Part shown: in pieces, positions 31,873 through 37,366 of the stretch
Position numbering within the stretch: position 1 is the first letter of the stretch
Layout: each line of letters starts with the position of its first letter
From: an uncultured Staphylococcaceae bacterium
GTDB lineage: Bacteria; Bacillota_I; Bacilli_A; RFN20; CAG-826
Assembly (NCBI GenBank): GCA_964552695.1
Contig: CAZKHP010000002.1
Location: forward strand, 1-37,366
DNA: 37,366 nt
Direction: 5' to 3'
Program-made: the position numbers and the translations under genes
The notes under the pieces: model-generated
Database searches by the model: none
Told to the model about the DNA's origin: nothing
Seen by the model: the letters and a program-made list of their open reading frames with translations, nothing else

Positions 31873-34515
31873 ATGAACAAACGTCTATTATCCGTCATGT
31901 TGTTAACGTTGATGGGCTTGACCGTCGCGTCATGCAGCCTCAACCCGTCCTCCAGTTCTGAAGGAAGCTCTTCAGAAGAATCATCCAGCCCCAGCTCTTC
32001 GGAAGTGGTGCTTACCGCGATTACCATCTCTGGCGCGGATGACATCGAACTCGATTTCCAAGCCGAATTCAACGCCCTCACCGGTGTTACCGCAATCGGC
32101 AACAACGATGTTGATTACACCAGCTCCATCATTCTTCAATCCACCTCCCAAGCGGTCAACTTGACCACCGGTGCCGTGGATACCACGTCCGTCGGCGTGC
32201 ATGCGATCCGTTACACCGTCACCTCCGGAACGATCACCGCTCAAAAATGGCGGTATGTCACCGTCAAATCACCCGAAACTCCTGTTGGACAAATGCTCGT
32301 TAACCCCGACTTTGCCTTAGGAACCGCCGGATGGGATGATCCGTCAGTCGTCTACATCGCCGATGGCGCTGCCATGACGTTGTCGACCGAAAACGGAGCC
32401 CTGAAAGCCGAAGTCGTCTCGGGCGCCAACCCCTATACTCCGCGCTTTGGTCAAATGAACGTTCCCTTTGAAATTGATACGATTTACGAAATCAGTTTCG
32501 AAGCCAAATCGAGCGTTACCAAGATCATTAACCTCCAAGTCGGCGAATTGCTCTCCGGAGCTCCGTACTTCACCGATTTCAAACCGGGATTAACCGTCCA
32601 CAAGACGATTACCACCGAATGGGCTACCTATTCCTATAAATTTACGCACACGCAAGACAACAAACGTGGTGGCGTCCTCTTCGAACTCGGCACCGTTGAA
32701 TCGCAAGATATCGATGCCACGATGTGGTTTGATAATGTCGCCATCGAAGTTTCCACACCCGATGCCGATACGACTGCCCCGGCCTTTACCGGTGTTGTCG
32801 CCGACGTCAATGTCACGGTCGGATCCGAATACAATCCGATGAGTGGTGTCACCGCCTACGACGTCGTCGATGGCAACGTGACTGCCAACATCGTCGTGAC
32901 GATCGCCAAGGATGGCACGCCGGTTGAAACCGTCGACACCTCCGTTGCTGGCGTTTACGTCGTGACCTACACGGTCGAAGACGAAGCCGGTAACATCGGC
33001 ACTGCGACGACCAACGTCCACGTCGTCTCGATGCTCTTCAAAGAAGCCAACCTGATTTCCAACCCGTCCTTCAAGGATCCGTTCAATGAAACCACCCCTG
33101 AATGGTCGCTTTGGTACCAAAACTGGGGTGCTGCCCCAGTGGTTACCCCGACACTCGATAACGTCGCGGGAACCTATTCAATCGCGATGGTCGGCGGCGG
33201 TGACGCTGCTTGGGCCATCCAAGTCGTCCAAGACAATGTCTTAACCGTCGAAAGAGGCAAAACCTATCGCTTGTCCTTAGATGCCTTCTCCTCGGCTGCT
33301 CGTCCGATCAATATGGCCGTCGGTTACGCCTTTGGCGATAACCAATACGAACAATACGCCCGTCAAGATGCCATCATGCTCGACACCACGACCGGAACGT
33401 ATGACTTCGTGTTCACCGTGACCAAACCCACGCACGCCGTCAAGTTGACCATTGAATTGGGCAACCAAGCCGGATTCGCGGACAGCACGGTCGTACTCGA
33501 AGAAGTCCGTTTACAAGAACATGATTCTGCTCCGATCATCAACGACGGAGGCTTCGAATCCACCGGTTGGAGAGGATTCTTCAACGACTGGATGGGAACC
33601 ACTGGTTCTTATGGCATCGTCGATGGAGAATTCAAGATTGATGTCACCAACTATGTTAGAAATGCAAATCCTGGTGACGTTGAGTGGGGGTTACAACTCA
33701 TTCAAGACGACAAGTCTTTAGGCGGCCCCACCGAAAACGGTGTTATCGCCTTGACTGCCGGAGCCACCTATACCATCGGTTTTGATGCTTACGCTTCCGA
33801 AGCCATGAACATTCACCCGTACATCATCTCCTCCAGCAACTGGGCCAACCTGGTTGCCGAAGGTCAACGCACTGTGGCCATCACGACCACAAAGACCCAC
33901 TACGAAGTCACCGCGACTGCCGGATCAACCGTCTTCGGAAACGAAATTCTGAAGTTCCAATTCGGCGATGCTTGGGCTTCCTTCAGTGGCGAAACCAAAT
34001 CCGTTATCTTTGATAACATTACCGTCAAAGATTCCACCAGCACTCCGTTGACCAGCGTTTATAACAGCGATATGGAAACCGTCTTAGGCGGTCACTCCTT
34101 CTTCTCGCCCAGCGCCAACAACACGATGAAACGTGGCGATGACGGCGCGGTCTTCAACATCGTCGACCTCGGCGGTGCTGCTTATGAACCTCACTATTAC
34201 TACATCATCAGCGCGCTTGAAGCCGGAAAATACGCCGCTGTCCTCACGCTCTCTTCCACCGTCGCCCGCGACTTCCGTTTCAACATCATCCTGCCGGATT
34301 CGGGTTATGCTTCGATCCTCCCGGATACCAAGTATGACTTCCATCTCGATGCTGCTACCGAAACCACGCTCGTGATCGAATTCACTGTCGCCACGCCGCT
34401 CACCAACGTCAAAGTCGAACTCGACTTCGGTACGCTCGGTGATCCGCTTGTCTCTGCCGCCACGGTCGTTACGATGAAACAAATGCTCGTCTACCGTGAC
34501 TACAATGCCGCCTAA
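31873..34515 (+). CDS. Surface lipoprotein with Ig-like (DUF5011/HYR-like) domains and several CBM4/9/22-like carbohydrate-binding modules
   Basis: Lipobox MLLTLMGLTVASCS followed by a Ser-rich linker. Ig-like repeats are present (GVTAYDVVDGNVTANIVV...VDTSVAGVYVVTYTVEDEAGN). Four modules open with CBM-style N-P-x-F/...-W motifs: NPDFALGTAGWDD, NPSFKDPFNETTPEW, NDGGFESTGWRG and YNSDMET. Confidence 0.7.
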   Translation: MNKRLLSVMLLTLMGLTVASCSLNPSSSSEGSSSEESSSPSSSEVVLTAITISGADDIELDFQAEFNALTGVTAIGNNDVDYTSSIILQSTSQAVNLTTGAVDTTSVGVHAIRYTVTSGTITAQKWRYVTVKSPETPVGQMLVNPDFALGTAGWDDPSVVYIADGAAMTLSTENGALKAEVVSGANPYTPRFGQMNVPFEIDTIYEISFEAKSSVTKIINLQVGELLSGAPYFTDFKPGLTVHKTITTEWATYSYKFTHTQDNKRGGVLFELGTVESQDIDATMWFDNVAIEVSTPDADTTAPAFTGVVADVNVTVGSEYNPMSGVTAYDVVDGNVTANIVVTIAKDGTPVETVDTSVAGVYVVTYTVEDEAGNIGTATTNVHVVSMLFKEANLISNPSFKDPFNETTPEWSLWYQNWGAAPVVTPTLDNVAGTYSIAMVGGGDAAWAIQVVQDNVLTVERGKTYRLSLDAFSSAARPINMAVGYAFGDNQYEQYARQDAIMLDTTTGTYDFVFTVTKPTHAVKLTIELGNQAGFADSTVVLEEVRLQEHDSAPIINDGGFESTGWRGFFNDWMGTTGSYGIVDGEFKIDVTNYVRNANPGDVEWGLQLIQDDKSLGGPTENGVIALTAGATYTIGFDAYASEAMNIHPYIISSSNWANLVAEGQRTVAITTTKTHYEVTATAGSTVFGNEILKFQFGDAWASFSGETKSVIFDNITVKDSTSTPLTSVYNSDMETVLGGHSFFSPSANNTMKRGDDGAVFNIVDLGGAAYEPHYYYIISALEAGKYAAVLTLSSTVARDFRFNIILPDSGYASILPDTKYDFHLDAATETTLVIEFTVATPLTNVKVELDFGTLGDPLVSAATVVTMKQMLVYRDYNAA

Positions 34516-34528
34516 ACGGAGGTATTGT

Positions 34529-36007
34529 ATGAAAAACAGAAACATTGCTTTATTAGCCGTTCTCAGCTTTGCCATCGTTGGATGTGGAGGCGACCCCTCC
34601 ACATCCACCTCCAATTCAACAGGTACTTCCGGTTCGAGCAACTCCAGCTCGGGCCAAGTGCAAACCATTGAATTGACCTATGCCGACTGGGGAAACCAAG
34701 AATTCAATCAACGGATGATCGACAACTTCATGGAGAAATATCCGAACATTCACGTTTCCTTACGTCAAGACATCACCGGCAGCGGTGCGACCTTCACGGG
34801 GAACCTCGTCACGGCCGCTCAAGCCGGTCTTCTCCCGGACGTCTTTGCCACCGATAACGTGCCGACCGTCATCAACGCCGGTCTCACGCTGGACGTCGCC
34901 GATCTCTGGGACGCCGACCCCGATACCGAAATGGTCTACGACAACATCGCCCTGACCGGTGTCTATAACGGCAAACGCTATGCCGTTCCGAGCTTCCAAT
35001 TCTTAAAAGGCATTATGCTCAACATGGATATCTTCGAAGAGGCCAACCTCTCGACCGTGGAAGGCAAATACCGCATCGATAACGATGGATATCCGGTCAA
35101 AGACTGGACATTCTCGGAATTCGTGGAAATCGCCAAAGCCATCAAGAATTTTGACTTAGACAACCCGGAAAACCTCGTTGTCGGGTTGGATACTTGGTAC
35201 GGCACGCCCGACTTCCAACAAGTCTGGCCGATGATGAACAACGCCAGCGTCCAATACGATACGTGGGACGGGACGAGTTTCCATTACACCTCGGAAGACT
35301 GGATTTACGCCATGCAAGAAAAGGTCAAACTCCATCAATTAACCGATGGCACGACCACACGCTTCACGGCCGAAGATCTCGCCAACTACCCGATTCTCAG
35401 CGCTTACCTCATCCAAACCGGCGTGGCCGCGATGGATATCGAAGGTTCGTGGCAGTTCTGGGTCATCAACGACGTCAAGAAAAATCTCAATCAGGATATC
35501 GGTTTCTGGCCGTATCCCTCGGGATCGGAAGGCTTGTTCCCGCCGACCATTCTTGACTATCAATGTGTTTCCAGCCAAACCATGTACCCCGAAGAAGCCT
35601 ACCTATTAGCCAAATGGATGACGTTCGGCCAAGATGGTTGGGATTCCCGTCTGGATCTTCTTGAAGAAGACAAGGCGGCTGCAATCGCTGCCGACGAACA
35701 ACCCGCATACCTTGATCGTTTCCCTGTTGCCAATTACCCCGGCGTTTGGGATCGTGTCAATGGTTTAGTGGAAGGCATCGAAGGCATCGACTACATTTTC
35801 GACCGTATCGAATACTCGAAACCGGACCTTGATAAATGGTTACCGGGCTATAAAGATTTCTGGGCATGGGCTTATGACCCCGAAAACTCGTATAATTGGG
35901 ATAACCTGGTTACTGCGGGTCCGACGGCTGTCAGCACCTACGCCGTGGAATGGCAAGCCAAAGCGAACGAACTTGTCACTGCCCAAATGGCGGCGCTTGG
36001 TTCTTAA
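34529..36007 (+). CDS. ABC transporter extracellular solute-binding lipoprotein (carbohydrate, family 1)
   Basis: I chose the start at M12 of the track ORF (GGAGGTATTGTATG RBS). Lipobox LLAVLSFAIVGCGG followed by an S/T-rich linker. ELTYADWGNQEFNQRMIDNFMEKYPNIHV is typical of sugar-binding SBPs. Confidence 0.8.
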   Translation: MKNRNIALLAVLSFAIVGCGGDPSTSTSNSTGTSGSSNSSSGQVQTIELTYADWGNQEFNQRMIDNFMEKYPNIHVSLRQDITGSGATFTGNLVTAAQAGLLPDVFATDNVPTVINAGLTLDVADLWDADPDTEMVYDNIALTGVYNGKRYAVPSFQFLKGIMLNMDIFEEANLSTVEGKYRIDNDGYPVKDWTFSEFVEIAKAIKNFDLDNPENLVVGLDTWYGTPDFQQVWPMMNNASVQYDTWDGTSFHYTSEDWIYAMQEKVKLHQLTDGTTTRFTAEDLANYPILSAYLIQTGVAAMDIEGSWQFWVINDVKKNLNQDIGFWPYPSGSEGLFPPTILDYQCVSSQTMYPEEAYLLAKWMTFGQDGWDSRLDLLEEDKAAAIAADEQPAYLDRFPVANYPGVWDRVNGLVEGIEGIDYIFDRIEYSKPDLDKWLPGYKDFWAWAYDPENSYNWDNLVTAGPTAVSTYAVEWQAKANELVTAQMAALGS

Positions 36008-36108
36008 AGGTTTGTCCGTTACTTCGTTTCGCAAACGTTCTTTAAAATCTTTCAACGCGGGTCGGCGAGAGGAATATCCCCTCGCCCCCGCTCTATGGGA
36101 GCGCGCAC

Positions 36109-37366
36109 ATGAAAAGAATATGGGCAAAAATCATCGCCTTTTTTAAAGCATTGAAACCTCGCGGTTACGTGCTTTTGATTGCCGCTATTGTTTTACCCAC
36201 GATTGCCATCATTTCCGCGGTGTGGCCGACCACACTCAACGATTTTGTTTCCGGCGATGCCCTCAAAGACGACTATGACTACATTTCGTTGGAGTCCAAA
36301 TACGGAGTCAAAACCTATTCCACCAAAATGAAGGAATACGCCGAAAGCGGCTATCCCGACAGCGGTGTCACCAGTGTCATTCCCGTCTCGTCGATGAGCG
36401 GAACTACCCTGAATAGTGCCGATGCGACCTACGGAAACACTGTTGCGGATTATGCCGACTATGTCGGACATCCCAGCGACGCCATGTTACTCGACGAGAC
36501 CGCTTCGGTTTCGTTTACGCATACCGCCCATACTCCGGGACTTTATTATCTTGCCATCGACTATATCGAATTAACCGATGCCGTCGACAATACCAAAATT
36601 AGCCTCACGATCAACGGCGAGAGCCCGTTTTATGAAAGCCAAACCCTTATTCTTCCTTCCAGTTGGGCCTTCACAAGCCGAGACTTTGCGCTCGACCGTT
36701 ATGGCAATGAAATCCAACCCAGTTCCGAAAAGGTGAATACTTGGAAGACCTGGAACGTCCAAGACGAACACGGCATGCACGCCGGCTTTTTCGGTTTTGA
36801 ACTCAGCTTCGGCGATGTGATCCGGATCGATTCGGTCAACGGATCTTGCCTCATCGGCGAAATCCACTACATCACTCACGAAAACCTTCCCACTTATGAT
36901 GAATATTTGACGCTTCACGGCGACGCTCCGGTGATTAAACAAAACCTTTTATATTCCGCGCGCAGCATGGATGAACGGAGCGATCCTTCTATCCGTTTAC
37001 GGACCGAACAAGATCCTTCGGCGCTTTATTACGAAACCGATTATTTACGGCTCAATACCGTGTTTGGCGATTCTTGGCGGACCGGCGGGCAAACCATTTC
37101 GTACAATTTCTCCGTGGAAACGTCTGGTTATTATCATGTGTCGATGAAATACCGCCAATACATCATTCGCGATTTGCCGGTGTTCCGGAGCATCCTGATT
37201 GATGGCGAAATTCCTTTTGCCAACCTGGAAAACTACGCCTTCCCGTATACGACCTCGTTCCTCAATCGGACTTTGATGGATGAAAACGGTGAACCGTTGA
37301 AAATCTTCCTATCCTCCGGAGATCACGTCATCTCGTTCAAAGCGGTGGACTTCTCCTACCGTCAAG
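36109..37366 (+). CDS. Membrane-anchored protein with at least two tandem CBM-like modules; 5' part only, runs off the window
   Basis: Absent from the ORF track because there is no stop. I checked by hand that it is open for 419 codons from ATG 36109 (RBS GGGAG). The N-terminus is MKRIWAKIIAFFKALKPRGYVLLIAAIVLPTIAIISAVW. Two related modules are visible: SVSFTHTAHTPGLYYLAIDY...LTINGESPF and TISYNFSVETSGYYHVSMKY...ILIDGEIPF. Confidence 0.65.
   Translation, partial: MKRIWAKIIAFFKALKPRGYVLLIAAIVLPTIAIISAVWPTTLNDFVSGDALKDDYDYISLESKYGVKTYSTKMKEYAESGYPDSGVTSVIPVSSMSGTTLNSADATYGNTVADYADYVGHPSDAMLLDETASVSFTHTAHTPGLYYLAIDYIELTDAVDNTKISLTINGESPFYESQTLILPSSWAFTSRDFALDRYGNEIQPSSEKVNTWKTWNVQDEHGMHAGFFGFELSFGDVIRIDSVNGSCLIGEIHYITHENLPTYDEYLTLHGDAPVIKQNLLYSARSMDERSDPSIRLRTEQDPSALYYETDYLRLNTVFGDSWRTGGQTISYNFSVETSGYYHVSMKYRQYIIRDLPVFRSILIDGEIPFANLENYAFPYTTSFLNRTLMDENGEPLKIFLSSGDHVISFKAVDFSYRQ

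Noticed and set aside
32590-34668. Long minus-strand ORFs (32590-3120-type 176 aa, 33363-33602, 34084-34668 194 aa) opposite the 880-aa lipoprotein gene.
   Set aside because: They are typical antisense shadow ORFs in a GC-richer gene. They have no RBS and odd Gly/Arg/Asp-rich composition, whereas the plus-strand frame has a lipobox and recognisable Ig-like and CBM-like modules.
36064-36086. A GC-rich stem-loop (GGCGAGAGG-AATAT-CCCCTCGCC) between the solute-binding-protein gene and the next ORF.
   Set aside because: It has no U-tract, so it is not called a terminator. It may be an mRNA-stabilising or processing hairpin, but nothing further can be supported from the sequence.

Overview
This 37.4-kb window uses the standard genetic code (TGA is a stop) and has moderate GC. 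Gene content looks Bacillota/Mycoplasmatota-like: lipobox lipoproteins with S/T-rich linkers, and no LPXTG or sortase seen. It falls into three blocks. (i) 1-2555, minus strand: leucine dehydrogenase plus the delta, alpha and beta subunits of a 2-oxoacid:ferredoxin oxidoreductase, for branched-chain amino-acid catabolism. (ii) 2.6-23.7 kb, all minus strand, is the interesting part. Seven paralogous secreted proteins carry a SipW-cognate-type N-terminus, a hydrophobic stretch ending in (G/A/S)-T-F-A-W-F or a variant. They are arranged as two operons plus one monocistronic gene. Each operon is preceded by a consensus TTGACA-N16/17-TATAAT promoter and a c-di-GMP-I (GEMM-I) riboswitch. The 3' strand of each aptamer is shared with an intrinsic terminator, so both are predicted c-di-GMP ON switches. 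The longer operon also encodes a membrane-anchored McrB-family AAA+ NTPase, a partner protein with a ~130-aa Lys/Glu-rich tail, a SipW-type signal peptidase with an unusual charged tail, an intact-looking EAL phosphodiesterase and an MtnN-like protein. The block is bracketed by a GGDEF/HD-GYP protein and a ~1000-aa degenerate GGDEF/EAL protein. I interpret this as a previously undescribed c-di-GMP-gated, SipW-processed, TasA/camelysin-like multi-subunit surface-fibre system with an NTPase module; the function is inference, not observation. (iii) 23.7-37.4 kb, mostly plus strand: a GH1 beta-glucosidase, NAD(P)HX dehydratase, a small lipoprotein, a flavin-reductase-like protein and a PlsC-type acyltransferase. 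These are followed by a beta-glucan-type utilisation cluster: a GH94-like phosphorylase-type protein, a CBM-rich lipoprotein, an ABC solute-binding lipoprotein, and an ORF that runs off the window and is missing from the ORF track. No rRNA, tRNA, CRISPR array or transposase was recognised.
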